Shown here piece after piece: positions 53,738 to 64,000 of a stretch of DNA of 64,000 bases. Under the pieces are notes generated by a model. The model made no database searches and was not told where the DNA came from. It worked only from the letters and a program-made list of their open reading frames with translations. The stretch comes from Nitrospirota bacterium (GTDB taxonomy: Bacteria; Nitrospirota; UBA9217), in NCBI GenBank assembly GCA_963740085.1, contig CAVUCU010000001.1, positions 160,001 through 224,000 on the forward strand. The letters run 5' to 3'. Position 1 is the stretch's first letter, and each line of letters begins with the position of its first letter. The position numbers were made by a program, and so were the translations under genes.

Positions 53738-54688
53738 TCAGGAAACCGTGGCTGCGGTCTTCTTCTGTTCTATGAAATGAGCCGCAGCCAGTGCGGCTAT
53801 GGCTCCATCGGCTGCCGCTATAACGATCTGGGTGGCAAACTTTTGCCTCAAATCCCCGACAGCAAAAATGCCCGGAACGCTCGACTCGCACTTCTCATCG
53901 GTAATAACGAAACCCTGTTCGTTCGTGCGGACCGCAGGGGGGATCAATTGATTATTGGGAACATAGCCGATAAGAATAAAAACACCATCCGTTGGTAATC
54001 TCCCCATTTCTCCGGTCACCGTATCTTCGAAGGAGACGGCCTCAACCGCTCTCCCGTCCCCTTTGATTTCCGTAATGATCGTGTTCCAGATCACTTCGAT
54101 CCCGGGTTCGCTCAGAAGCCGGTTTTGTAATATCTTGCTAGCGCTAAGCGTTTTGCCTCTGTGAACGAGGTATACTTTTCTGACCAGTCTGGACAGGAAC
54201 AGTGCCTCTTCGACAGCGGTGTCGCCTCCCCCGATGACAACGACGGTCTTGCCTTTAAAGAAGAACCCGTCGCAGGTGGGGCAGTAGGAAACGCCGCTCC
54301 CGAGGTATTCCGCTTCACCGGGGACCCCCAGCTTTCGAACGGATCCCCCTGCTCCGAGGATCAAGGCAACCGTGTGGAGCAGATCGCCATTGGCAAGCCT
54401 GACAGAATGAAGACCCGCACCGGCGTTTACTTCCGCAACTTCTTCCTGAATAATGCGCAGGCCGAAGGCCTGGGCATGATGAAGCAGCTTCTCGGCAAGA
54501 TCTAATCCTGTAATGCCCTCCACTCCGGGATAGTTCTCCACCTCTTTTGAAATGGCGATCTGACCGCCGACCAAACCCTTTTCAAACAGAACCGTTTTCA
54601 GCGCGGCCCGCTGGCAATACAGGCCTGCGGCGAGCCCTGCCGGCCCACCACCGACAATGATGACATCATAGGTTTCCTTGATATCCAT
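53738..54688 (-). CDS. trxB: Thioredoxin-disulfide reductase
   Basis: GGGPAG, GVSYCPTCDG, GGGDTAVEEA, AVGD. Confidence 0.93.
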   Translation of the reverse strand: MDIKETYDVIIVGGGPAGLAAGLYCQRAALKTVLFEKGLVGGQIAISKEVENYPGVEGITGLDLAEKLLHHAQAFGLRIIQEEVAEVNAGAGLHSVRLANGDLLHTVALILGAGGSVRKLGVPGEAEYLGSGVSYCPTCDGFFFKGKTVVVIGGGDTAVEEALFLSRLVRKVYLVHRGKTLSASKILQNRLLSEPGIEVIWNTIITEIKGDGRAVEAVSFEDTVTGEMGRLPTDGVFILIGYVPNNQLIPPAVRTNEQGFVITDEKCESSVPGIFAVGDLRQKFATQIVIAAADGAIAALAAAHFIEQKKTAATVS

Positions 54689-54960
54689 ATTCCTCCTGTA
54701 AAGAATGACATCGGCTCGGCCCTCGACGCCGAGCACTCAGCCATCACGCGCAGGGGATCAACCCTCTGTAATATGATAACGCTTGAGGGGAGAATGTCAA
54801 GGAGGGGAAAGATATCGGGGCACCAATTGAAGAAAAAACGCTTCATGACTCGTTTTTGAAGACAGGGAGGGAAACCGGCGGGCTTTGAATTAAATGGAAC
54901 GAGGACTATCCGTTCTTCGAGTTGATCGAGCTCATGGCTCAAATATCGATCGCTTATGTT

Positions 54961-55449
54961 TTATATGGTTTTCTCCATCGCATAGTCGTCCATGACAAAA
55001 CTGTTGCCGATATCCTGAACCAGAGAACCGATGTTTCTGAAACCGATCTTTTCATACGCGCTGATCGCGCTCGTATTATTCTTGTTCACCGTCAGGACGA
55101 TCTTCCGTAATCCCCGATCGCGCGCGACGGTCTCCACGAACTGCACGGACTTCTTTCCGTATCCCTTTGCGCGATGGGACAATTGCAGATAAATTTTACT
55201 CAGGAACAGCTCATCTCCTCTCGGTTGAACAGCGATATATCCTATGGATGCGCGACCTTCCTCAATAATAAAGTAGAGAGCGCCTGAAGCGATTTGCTCT
55301 TTGACTGCCTGTTTGGACTGATACCTGGCCAGCATGTACTCAACCTGTTCCTTGCCGATGATCGGGATATAATGCTCTGTCCAGATTTCCCTGGCGAGCG
55401 ATTCGATGACATCCATTTGATTTTCAGTCGAGACTTCAGTGATTGTCAT
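54961..55449 (-). CDS. GNAT family acetyltransferase
   Basis: LSKIYL...RAKGYG, LTVNKNN..AI.AYEK.GF. Confidence 0.9.
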   Translation of the reverse strand: MTITEVSTENQMDVIESLAREIWTEHYIPIIGKEQVEYMLARYQSKQAVKEQIASGALYFIIEEGRASIGYIAVQPRGDELFLSKIYLQLSHRAKGYGKKSVQFVETVARDRGLRKIVLTVNKNNTSAISAYEKIGFRNIGSLVQDIGNSFVMDDYAMEKTI

Positions 55450-55451
55450 GG

Positions 55452-56294
55452 TTATTGAACGATCGTCCCTTTCTCAGGAACCGGACAGGTTTGTTTATGC
55501 TTTTGCCGCTGCACGAGCTTTAGAAGTTCCGCTTTTCTTGCAGAAGATAATCCAAGTCCGTCTGCCTCCCGGACCAGATCTTCGTAGGAACCTTCGCCCC
55601 CCAAATAGCCGTTCACCCGGGCCACTGCTGTCGAGGCAACAAACGCCGCCGGTTCGGGATATATCTGTTGCAATTCTTTCCAAAATTCGGGAAACTGCTG
55701 AAGAGCGTGCTTCTGATGGTAATTCTCGGCCAGGGTAAAACCACTGTAGGGAACGATCTCCGTATGAATCGTGCTGCCGCGCTCCTTCGCGATACGAGCG
55801 CGACTCTCCTCTGCCAGTCGCCTCTGCTCGTCGTTGTGCACGAAGATGATGGAAGCATATTGACGGGACCAGCTCTTGTAAGTGGGATCATGGCCTGTCC
55901 AGAATGCGTCGAGCAGTTCCTGGTAGGTGATCTTCGAGGAATCGTAGTCGATCTGGATGGTCTCGGAATGATCTCCGAGATTGCGGTAAGTAGGGCCCGG
56001 CTTGGTCCCACCCGCATATCCCACGCGCGTGCTGACCACACCGGGCAGGCTCCCGAACCGGGAGTCAGGGCCCCAGAATCAGCCCATGGCGAACGTCGCC
56101 GTTACAACCTTTTTCGGGACCTGTGTATCGATCAATGGTTTTGAATAAACGATATCGGAAGCAAAGGCACTCTGTTTCACGTCAAGCGTCCCCCTTTCAG
56201 TCGAGAAATACAGCGCGCTCCCGAGTGTCAATACAAACGTTATCAGGAACAGGACCATCGAGATTCTCAATGCATTTTTTTTCAAAGACATCAT
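55452..56294 (-). CDS. msrA: Peptide-methionine (S)-S-oxide reductase MsrA, selenoprotein (GUFW) with N-terminal signal/anchor
   Basis: ATFAMG*FWGPDSRFGSLPGVVSTRVGYAGG joins ORFs 56079..56294 and 55452..56039; AENYHQK motif. Confidence 0.92.
56050..56064 (-). promoter_or_regulatory. Putative SECIS hairpin of msrA
   Basis: CUCCCG-GUU-CGGGAG; loop G is +21 from UGA. Confidence 0.7.
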
Positions 56295-56573
56295 CTCTAT
56301 ATGTTCACCTGTAATAGGACAAAAGCGTAATATTTAATTATCCCACCTTAATACCGTTCAAATCAAGATAAAATATGGGATAGAAATGCTCCCTGTTTGA
56401 GAGATAAATGAGGCCTCGTTGACGAAAATCGGGAGATCAGCGCATTGACTCTCGACGGCTGGATAAATGAGTCAGGATAACAATTCATGGTTCAATGAAC
56501 CTGGTGGTATACTTACTATATCAATGAGAAATAGAGACAGCGGAGAATGATATTTATGAAGGGAGGTAGCAAT

Positions 56574-57116
56574 ATGAAAAAGATACTGGCTTTTGCGATC
56601 GTTATTGTTGCTGGACTGGCACTCGGTCCCCTTGCGGCCTTTTCCGCGGAACATCAGATGATGCCCCCGCCGATAACCCACTCCAGCGACTTTGAACGGA
56701 TGAAAGGACTGGTCGGCGCCTGGGAGGGCAAAGTGGACATGGGACACGGGATGGAAACGCTCAAGGTCACCTATGAAGTGACCTCGGCCGGTAACGCCAT
56801 CCTGGAACGGTTCGCCGCGGGACAGTCCCACGAGATGATCACCGTCTATCATGATCGCGGCGGGAGGCTGGTCATGACCCACTACTGCACGCTCGGGAAC
56901 CAACCGCATATGGAGCTCACCAACCCCGGCGAAACCACGATGAAATTCGTCCTGTCGGAAAAGAGTCCCGGTCTTACTTCGCTCAATGAAATGCACATGC
57001 ATGCGCTTACCATCTCTGTTGAGGGCAAGGACAGCATCTCGCATACCTGGACGCTGTACGACAAGGGCGTGAAGAAATCCGATGTTTCGGTCAAACTAAT
57101 GCGCACAAAGATGTAG
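56574..57116 (+). CDS. Exported hypothetical protein, Met/His-rich
   Basis: GGGAGG RBS, signal peptide, MTHYC..GNQP.M motif. Confidence 0.7.
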   Translation: MKKILAFAIVIVAGLALGPLAAFSAEHQMMPPPITHSSDFERMKGLVGAWEGKVDMGHGMETLKVTYEVTSAGNAILERFAAGQSHEMITVYHDRGGRLVMTHYCTLGNQPHMELTNPGETTMKFVLSEKSPGLTSLNEMHMHALTISVEGKDSISHTWTLYDKGVKKSDVSVKLMRTKM

Positions 57117-57237
57117 AGGGTGGTGCTGCCGGTTGCATTGGGGAAGAAGGTTATGAAAGCCGGGGCGTCGTGTCCCGGCTTCAGCTTTGGCACGCGAGGG
57201 TGGTACAATCTGCGAGTGGCGCTACGGGGAGGACAGT

Positions 57238-57687
57238 ATGAAGAGGATCGTGACGGTTTTATTGGCTTTCGGCTCAGTTTTCATGACCCATCCGGTCCAC
57301 GGAGCCGATAAACAGGCGGAGCAGAACAAAAAGACCGTGGTGGAGTTTTACGAAAAGGCGATCAATCAGAAGGATTTCGAAGCGGCCTCGAAGTACCTGG
57401 GCCCGCGTTACACGCAACACAACCCGATGGCAGCCGACGGGCCCGGGGGACTACAGCGTTACCTTCAGTTCCTTCGTGCAAGGTATCCAGCCTCACACAG
57501 CGAGATCAAGCGGGTATTCGCTGACGGAGATTATGTGATACTGCATGTGCACGCGGTACGGGAGCCAGGCACGCGCGGCAGCGCCATCGTCGACATCTTC
57601 AAGCTCGAGAACGGCAAGGTCGTGGAACACTGGGACGTTATCCAGGAGATACCCGAGAAAGCTGCCAACGTGAATGGGATGTTTTAA
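57238..57687 (+). CDS. SnoaL-like/NTF2 family exported protein
   Basis: NK..V..FY, YTQHNP..ADG, VDIFKLENGKVVEHWDV. Confidence 0.85.
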   Translation: MKRIVTVLLAFGSVFMTHPVHGADKQAEQNKKTVVEFYEKAINQKDFEAASKYLGPRYTQHNPMAADGPGGLQRYLQFLRARYPASHSEIKRVFADGDYVILHVHAVREPGTRGSAIVDIFKLENGKVVEHWDVIQEIPEKAANVNGMF

Positions 57688-57815
57688 CTGCCATCGTGAT
57701 TTGGTTAGAAATGTCGTCAAGGATTGCCCCTGCTGCTCGTGAAGCACATCGCATTTCAGCCACATTTTTTCAGTCAAGGTCATTTGTGCTATACTTGTAA
57801 TAACAGGAGGCGATT

Positions 57816-58232
57816 ATGACCGATATCATCCTGGGCATCGGCGTAGCGGTATTCATTATATATACGGGCTTTCACATCTCGTATATGCTGAGCATAAGAC
57901 GGACGAGCGAACAAATGAGCGACATTATTAAGAGCACCGAGAAAAATCTGAACGAGACGCTTGTTGAGCTCAAGGATACGCTTGAAAACCTGAAGTTGAT
58001 CACCGGCAACGTAAACGCCGTTTCGGAGGATGTCAGGCAGATCAGCCGCACAGTGGCAATCGTGGAAAAAAGCATACGCGGTCTGTATGCAATCGGAAGA
58101 GAGGGCCTCGGACCTGCCGCCGGGGCGAATATCGCCGGGCTGAAAGCCGGCATTACGACCGGGGTAACAACCCTGGTAAAAAGTCTCAGACAAAGAAGGA
58201 GGGCTCATCATGAAAGAAGAACTTGGAGTTAA
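57816..58232 (+). CDS. DUF948/YoxC-like membrane coiled-coil protein
   Basis: N-terminal TM plus coiled coil, upstream of a YtxH-like gene. Confidence 0.7.
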   Translation: MTDIILGIGVAVFIIYTGFHISYMLSIRRTSEQMSDIIKSTEKNLNETLVELKDTLENLKLITGNVNAVSEDVRQISRTVAIVEKSIRGLYAIGREGLGPAAGANIAGLKAGITTGVTTLVKSLRQRRRAHHERRTWS

Positions 58233-58494
58233 TAAAGTACAGTCCTTTCTGGTCCCCTTCCTGGCGGGTGGCCTCGTGGGAGCCGGTGTTGCGCTCCTGC
58301 TGGCACCGAAACCGGGCAGGGAGTTAAGAAGAGACATCAAGGACATCGCCGCGAAAACCGGCGACACAATTGGCGCAACCGTTGATAAGGGCAAGGAATT
58401 GTATGTGGAGAGCACCTCAGCGGTCAAGAACGCCATCGATGCGGGAAAGATGGCGTTCGTCGATGAAATAGAAAAACGAAGGAAGACCGCATGA
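58210..58494 (+). CDS. YtxH domain protein
   Basis: FLAGGLVGAGVALLLAPKPGRELR. Confidence 0.88.
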   Translation: MKEELGVNKVQSFLVPFLAGGLVGAGVALLLAPKPGRELRRDIKDIAAKTGDTIGATVDKGKELYVESTSAVKNAIDAGKMAFVDEIEKRRKTA

Positions 58495-58506
58495 CAGGTA
58501 CTCTCT

Positions 58507-58545
58507 AAAGCGCGCTCAAGGGCAGGGAGCGCGCTTTGCTTTTTC
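58507..58545 (+). terminator. Probable intrinsic terminator
   Basis: AAAGCGCGCTC...GAGCGCGCTTT followed by a T-rich tract. Confidence 0.65.
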
Positions 58546-58708
58546 TCCCGCCATAATCCAGTCTTAGGCCATTCCTCTCAGCTTCCGCAGAGTCTCTATC
58601 ACATCGGGTTGTACCAAGACCTTTTAGCAGATCCAGCAGCAGGCCTTCTTAATATTAATAGCCCGCTCCGAAGGAACAGGCTTTTGTGGGTTCGTCTTTC
58701 GTGGGCCG

Positions 58709-58966
58709 CTAATGAGCGCCCTTATGCGCCTCCCCATGGGGTCCTCCCTCATGCCGGTCGCCTTTCAAGGTAGAAATGCCGAGTAATGCATATACAGGGC
58801 AAAAACCGGCGGCACTTGTGGCCAGAAAGATCACAGCCAGGATACCGAGTATCACGGCGGCCGTTCCAGAAAGCTGACCTGCTAAATACAGAGCAACGAC
58901 CACGACAGCAAGGGCCGCCCTCAACACTCGATCTATCATTCCCATGTTCTTCTTCATAAAACTCAC
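58709..58966 (-). CDS. DUF2892 (YgaP-like) membrane protein
   Basis: MKKNMG.IDR..R, GFCPVY.LLGIST. Confidence 0.88.
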   Translation of the reverse strand: MSFMKKNMGMIDRVLRAALAVVVVALYLAGQLSGTAAVILGILAVIFLATSAAGFCPVYALLGISTLKGDRHEGGPHGEAHKGAH

Positions 58967-58993
58967 CTCCCTATCGATTCACCGACCCCTGAC

Positions 58994-59083
58994 TTATAGC
59001 AGCCACTTGAACGCGTAAACAATACCCGCGACCAAGCCGACGCATATAATGCAGGCTAATACAAGCTTTACAACGGTCGGCAT
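58994..59083 (-). CDS. Candidate 29-aa single-TM small protein
   Basis: GAGG RBS; MPTVVKLVLACIICVGLVAGIVYAFKWLL*. Confidence 0.5.
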   Translation of the reverse strand: MPTVVKLVLACIICVGLVAGIVYAFKWLL

Positions 59084-59310
59084 GTCAACATCCTCACTGC
59101 TATATTATACAACTTTTAGACATATGATACTACCGGTCGGAGCAACCGAAGAGAGCTTCCCCTGCTGAAACCTTCGTATTAAAAAAGCTAAAAAACGCTT
59201 ACGGTCATCGTTGACGCCTGTACGATCCGGTGCTATCCTTTAAATAAAGGATTCTTATGGTCCCTTTTCGTCTGGAGTTATTGGACGTAAAAGATTGAGG
59301 AGGACATTAG

Positions 59311-60082
59311 ATGGCCGGAGCGACGATCTGGAAAGGAAACATTCATTTTGGAGACACTGACATTCCGGTGAAGCTGCATACAGCGGTGAGAGAAGAGCGA
59401 ATTCAGTTTCACCTCCTGCACAAGCGAGACCAGGTGCGACTGCGTCAGCAAATGGTCTGTGCTTATGAAAAAAAACCGGTGCCGGCGGAAGAACAGTCCA
59501 AGGGGTTTGAAGTGGAGGAAGGGAAGTATATCATCGTCGATCAGGAGGAACTCGAGCAAACCACTCCTGAAAGCAGCCGGATGATCGAGGTCCACGAATT
59601 CGTCAAACCCTCACAAATCGACCCCATCTTCCTTGACCGGGTGTATTACCTCGAGCCGGATATGCAGGGAAAGGGATATAACGCGCTGCTCGGGGCCTTG
59701 AAGCAGATGGATGTTGCGGGAATCTGTTCCTGGACCATGAGAAAACGGACCTATATCGGGGCTATTCAGGCGATCGGGAATATCCTTCGTCTGATTACGT
59801 TGCGCCATGCCGACGAAGTGATCGCGGTTGAATCTCTTGACCCTGCAGGACGTTCCTCTGTCAGAAAAAGAATTGAAGATCGGGGTCGACTTGATCAATC
59901 AGCTGGCCGCTCCTTTTGAGCCTCGAAAATTCGAAAATGAGCATCAGAAGAAGCTGCAGGATATGATAGAAAAAAAGGCCCGCGGGGAGCACATTGCGAT
60001 CGTCGCCCCCAGACGACTTAAACCCACGGAACCGGACCAGTTGCAGCAGGTGCTTGAAGCGAGCCTGAAAAAGGCCGCCTGA
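59311..60082 (+). pseudogene. ku: NHEJ Ku protein (copy 1), frameshifted as sequenced at about 59841-59843
   Basis: IWKG.I.FG...IPVKL...KGFE...YYLEP in one frame; LSEKEL....LI.QL..PF.P.KF.NE in the +1 frame. Confidence 0.85.
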
Positions 60083-60137
60083 GGGAAGGAAGAGTCCTTT
60101 TAAGACGGATTCAAACGGATTAAACAGGAGGCATACG

Positions 60138-60923
60138 ATGGCTGTTCAGGGTATATGGAGCGGGACTATCAGTTTCAGCCTGGTGGCGATTCCAGTACGG
60201 TTGGTTACCGCGATCGAGCCCGGTCGCGTCTCTTTTCACCTGCTCCACAGCAGGGATTTCTCTCCCCTGTCCCGAAGAATGTTTTGTCCTAAAGAAGGGA
60301 CCATGGTCCCCCCGGATGAGATCGTCAGGGGATACGAGATCGTGCCTGATAAATACATTCTGATGACTGACGAGGAACTGGAATCCGTTTCGCCGGAGCG
60401 GAGCCGCACGATCGAGATCATCGAGTTCATCGATATGAAGGAAGTGGACCCGATCTACTATGATCACCCCTACTACCTCGTGCCTTCGAAAGGAGGCGAA
60501 AAAGCCTACCAGCTGCTGGTGGAGGTGATGCGCCGGACAAACAAGGCCGGTCTCGCAAAATTCGTGCTGGCTGAACGCGAGTATCTGGTGGCGGTCAAAA
60601 GCAGGGACGGAGCGCTGGCACTGACCACGCTCCATTACAGCGACGAAATAGTTTCCGATAGGGACATCCACGTGGAACAAGGGAAGGTCGAAGCTGAAGA
60701 GGAACGCCGGATAAAAACAAACATAGAGAAGATGATCGAAGACTTTAAACCGGCGAAATATGCCGACGAACGCCGGAAAGGGATCTTGGCCCTTCTGGAG
60801 GCGAAGGCGAAAGAAAAGGCCCCGGTGGCGGCCCCGGCCATAGAGGAAGAAGAGGGAGAAGGACCTGCTGATCTGGTCGCCGCACTGGAGGAAAGCATGC
60901 GGAAAGTGAAGGAGAACAGGTGA
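60138..60923 (+). CDS. ku: NHEJ Ku protein (copy 2)
   Basis: IWSGTISFSLVAIPV, RGYE, PYYL.P, DLVAALEESM. Confidence 0.93.
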   Translation: MAVQGIWSGTISFSLVAIPVRLVTAIEPGRVSFHLLHSRDFSPLSRRMFCPKEGTMVPPDEIVRGYEIVPDKYILMTDEELESVSPERSRTIEIIEFIDMKEVDPIYYDHPYYLVPSKGGEKAYQLLVEVMRRTNKAGLAKFVLAEREYLVAVKSRDGALALTTLHYSDEIVSDRDIHVEQGKVEAEEERRIKTNIEKMIEDFKPAKYADERRKGILALLEAKAKEKAPVAAPAIEEEEGEGPADLVAALEESMRKVKENR

Positions 60924-61825
60924 GCCGAACATTTGTGGACATGGCGGGGATCAGACTCCCGCTGTCGAACCTTGAAAAGGACCTTTATCCCTCCTATGGT
61001 TTTACAAAGGCCCAGATCCTGGAATATTACCGCGGGATAGCACCGTTCATGCTGCCCCATTTGAAAGACCGGGCGTTGACCTTTAAGCGCTATCCCGAGG
61101 GAGTGGAAAAGGACTTCTTTTTCGAGAAACGCTGTCCCGGTCACCGCCCTTTCTGGGTGAAAACTGCTGAGATCCCCCAGCATGACGGAGAGCGGATGAC
61201 GGTCTGTCTGGTCAACGATCTGGAAACGCTGATATGGGCGGAAAACCTTGCTTCTCTGGAACTCCATGTGCCGCTGGCCAGGGCCGGTTCCCCGGGAACT
61301 CCGGATTCCATGGTCTTCGACCTGGATCCCGGCGATCAGGCAAACATTTTTGATTGTGCGCGGGTGGCGCTGGTGCTTCGGGATCTGCTCTCACGGCTGG
61401 GACTCGTCACCTATGTCAAAACCTCCGGCAAGAAGGGTCTCCATGTATATGTCCCCCTGAACCGCAGGGAGACGACCTTCGAGGATACCAAGACATTTTC
61501 AAAGACCGTGGCAGGGATCATGCAAAAACATTATCCCGACCTGGTGACCGCAAAAATGTCGAAAACAGAGCGAAAAGCGAAGGTCTTTATCAACTGGTCT
61601 CAAAATGATGCTTCGAAAACGATGGTCTGCGTTTATTCCCTGCGTGCCCGGGAAAAACCGATCGTGTCGTTTCCGCTTGAATGGACGGAACTGCAAAATT
61701 TGTCCGGGCCTGCTGACCCGGATAAACTGCAGGTCATGTATTCGGACGCCGTGAGCAGGGCAAAGACAAAAGGCGACCTTTTTCAAGAAATGCTCTCGAA
61801 AGAGCAGAAGCTGCCGCATTTATGA
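60920..61825 (+). CDS. ligD: LigD primase-polymerase domain (stand-alone)
   Basis: LSNLEK.LYP, RYPEG, FDLDPG, KTSGKKGLH, SLRA. Confidence 0.92.
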   Translation: MSRTFVDMAGIRLPLSNLEKDLYPSYGFTKAQILEYYRGIAPFMLPHLKDRALTFKRYPEGVEKDFFFEKRCPGHRPFWVKTAEIPQHDGERMTVCLVNDLETLIWAENLASLELHVPLARAGSPGTPDSMVFDLDPGDQANIFDCARVALVLRDLLSRLGLVTYVKTSGKKGLHVYVPLNRRETTFEDTKTFSKTVAGIMQKHYPDLVTAKMSKTERKAKVFINWSQNDASKTMVCVYSLRAREKPIVSFPLEWTELQNLSGPADPDKLQVMYSDAVSRAKTKGDLFQEMLSKEQKLPHL

Positions 61826-61941
61826 AAATGAATCGCCAAATAACGAAGCTCGAAATCCTAAACCATATCAGAATTCGAATATTTGAGTTTTGAGCTTGTT
61901 CAGGGTTTAGAAATTCGAACTTAGCATTTTCAGGAACTGAC

Positions 61942-63570
61942 ATGGGATTAACTGAATACAAATCGAAACGGGAATTCGAGAAAACACCCGAACCGAAACC
62001 GGGTCTTCAGTCTCAGGGGAACCGTCTTGTGTTTGTCGTTCATAAGCACGCGGCCCGGGCCCTTCATTATGACCTCAGGCTGGAACTGGATGGGGTGCTT
62101 AAGAGCTGGGCCGTACCGAAGGGTCCCTCGCTTGACCCTGCCGTGAAAAGGCTCGCGGTTATGGTCGAAGACCACCCGTTCGAGTACAAGGATTTTGAGG
62201 GCGTTATTCCGGAGAACAATTATGGCGCTGGAAGCGTCATCATCTGGGACAAGGGCTTTTATCATCACCCTTCCACCAGAGATGAGAACGAAAGCAATAG
62301 GCTTCTTCATGAGGGCTTGAAAAAAGGCGACATGAAGTTCGTCCTCGAAGGAGAAAAACTTCACGGTGAATTCGCGCTGGTGAAAACGGCCAGGGACGGG
62401 AAGTCGTGGCTGCTTCTGAAGAAAAAAGATGGGAATGCGGCCAAAGAGGAAATCCTCAAGGAGAACCGTTCCGTGGTGTCTCATAAGACTCTGGAGGAAG
62501 TACTCGGAGCCGATAAGCATAAATCGTTCAGACAAAAAAAGTCAAACCAGATCCGTCTTCACGAGGCATTGGAAACCGAAGACCTGAAGGATGCGCCGGT
62601 CAAACCGATGCCGCACGGAATAAAACCGATGCTTGCTACCCTGACAAAGGAACCGTTCGATCATCCCGATTGGATCTTTGAGGTGAAATGGGACGGGTAC
62701 CGGGCTGTTGCTGAGATCAGTGACAACGGCGTTTCGCTTTACTCCCGGAACGGGATCTCGCTCGCCAAAAAGTTTGCCCCCGTTGCAGACTCTCTGCGGA
62801 AATTCGGATCTGACGCTGTCTTGGACGGGGAAATCGTTGTCGTAGATGACCAGGGACGCGCCGATTTTCAGGCGCTTCAGCACTACCAGGGCTCGGGAAG
62901 CGGTCATTTGGTCTACTACGTTTTCGATCTCCTCTACCTCCGGGGGCATGATCTGACGGGTCTCCCCCTGATGAGAAGGAAGGAAGTCCTGGAAAAGGTA
63001 CTCCCCTCTTCCTCAAAGATAAAATTCAGCGGTCATGTAGAGAAGGAAGGCGTCTTGTTTTACAACGTCTCCAAGGAAAAAGGCCTGGAAGGGATCGTCG
63101 CCAAACATTCTCAAAGCACATACGAAACAGGCAAAAGGACCCGGCAGTGGCTGAAGGTGAAGACGCGGCCTACCCAGGAGGGCGTGATCGCGGGATTCAC
63201 GGAACCGGGGGGCGGCAGAAAATATTTCGGTGCCCTTGTCCTGGGTGCATTCGATGGAGACAACTTTGTGTACATCGGCAATGTAGGAAGCGGATTCAGG
63301 GAGAAGGATTTAAAGAACATCCGCGAACAATTGGAACCGCTGGTCCAGAAGGAATGCCCCTTTTCCGCTGAACCGGAGACAAATGCGCCGGTCACGTGGG
63401 TAAAGCCGGAGCTGGTCTGCGAGGTTACGTTGACCGGCTGGACCGAGGATAGCGTGATGAGGCAGCCTGCGTTCATACGGCTGCGTGAGGATAAAACAGC
63501 CGGCGAGGTGGTTCGTGAAAAAGAATCATTTCAACGCAGAGACGCCGGGAAGCAGCAAAAAGAAGATTAA
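61942..63570 (+). CDS. ligD: LigD phosphoesterase plus ATP-dependent ligase domains
   Basis: HAARALHYDLRLE...SWAVPKGP; EVKWDGYR, LDGE, EGIVAK, WLKVK. Confidence 0.93.
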   Translation: MGLTEYKSKREFEKTPEPKPGLQSQGNRLVFVVHKHAARALHYDLRLELDGVLKSWAVPKGPSLDPAVKRLAVMVEDHPFEYKDFEGVIPENNYGAGSVIIWDKGFYHHPSTRDENESNRLLHEGLKKGDMKFVLEGEKLHGEFALVKTARDGKSWLLLKKKDGNAAKEEILKENRSVVSHKTLEEVLGADKHKSFRQKKSNQIRLHEALETEDLKDAPVKPMPHGIKPMLATLTKEPFDHPDWIFEVKWDGYRAVAEISDNGVSLYSRNGISLAKKFAPVADSLRKFGSDAVLDGEIVVVDDQGRADFQALQHYQGSGSGHLVYYVFDLLYLRGHDLTGLPLMRRKEVLEKVLPSSSKIKFSGHVEKEGVLFYNVSKEKGLEGIVAKHSQSTYETGKRTRQWLKVKTRPTQEGVIAGFTEPGGGRKYFGALVLGAFDGDNFVYIGNVGSGFREKDLKNIREQLEPLVQKECPFSAEPETNAPVTWVKPELVCEVTLTGWTEDSVMRQPAFIRLREDKTAGEVVREKESFQRRDAGKQQKED

Positions 63571-63647
63571 GCGGTACCTGACACCCTCCTCGGCGCTGCG
63601 GTTAAGCCGGACGTTTACGATATTGTTAACCTGGGAGGAAACAGTTT

Positions 63648-64000
63648 ATGAAGGTCTACGTCGGGACGAGCGGGTTTGCACATGCGGAATGGAAAGGGAA
63701 ATTCTACCCTGAAGAGATCCCGCCGAAGGAAATGCTTCGGTTCTATGCCGGACGCCTCAACACGGTAGAGATCAACAATACCTTTTATCACCGGCCCAAA
63801 GAAAGCGTGCTCGAGCACTGGGCGGAACAGGTTGGCGCTGATTTTGTTTTCGCTCTCAAAGCGCCGCAGGTCATAACGCACATGAAGCAGCTCCGAAACG
63901 TGTTCGAAGAGACCGAATACCTGTTCAGGACACTGTCAATCCTGGACAAAAAACTGGGACCGGTCCTTTTTCAATTTCCCAAAAGCTTTCATGCGGACCT
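63648..64000 (+). CDS. DUF72 family protein (runs off the window)
   Basis: MKVYVGTSGF...WKG.FYP...VEINNTFY. Confidence 0.88.
   Translation, partial: MKVYVGTSGFAHAEWKGKFYPEEIPPKEMLRFYAGRLNTVEINNTFYHRPKESVLEHWAEQVGADFVFALKAPQVITHMKQLRNVFEETEYLFRTLSILDKKLGPVLFQFPKSFHAD

Overview
Bacterial chromosomal window. Gene content suggests an anaerobic Gram-negative organism (Nitrospirota/Desulfobacterota-like; inference only). Main blocks: mog/tldD; a sensor kinase with a heme-c motif plus a sigma54 regulator; a membrane-bound group 1 [NiFe]-hydrogenase operon with hyp genes; an fdnGHI formate dehydrogenase cluster with a DsbA-like gene and a di-heme peroxidase; metK-ahcY with an SAH riboswitch; a B12 uptake operon with two cobalamin riboswitches; a GlrK/QseG/GlrR-like system; redox/stress genes; and an NHEJ operon (two Ku genes, split LigD). 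The main signal the ORF track misses is five in-frame TGA codons at catalytic Cys positions in four exported redox enzymes, each gene with a SECIS-like hairpin just downstream. The most striking case is the hydrogenase large subunit. Both cysteines of its N-terminal Ni-binding RxCxxC motif are TGA (QRI-U-GV-U-TTVH), while the C-terminal DPCxxC motif, where classical [NiFeSe] enzymes carry Sec, has ordinary Cys. Other notable points are a HypC-HypA fusion and an apparent in-situ replacement of ahcY that left the C-terminal stub of a different ahcY behind.
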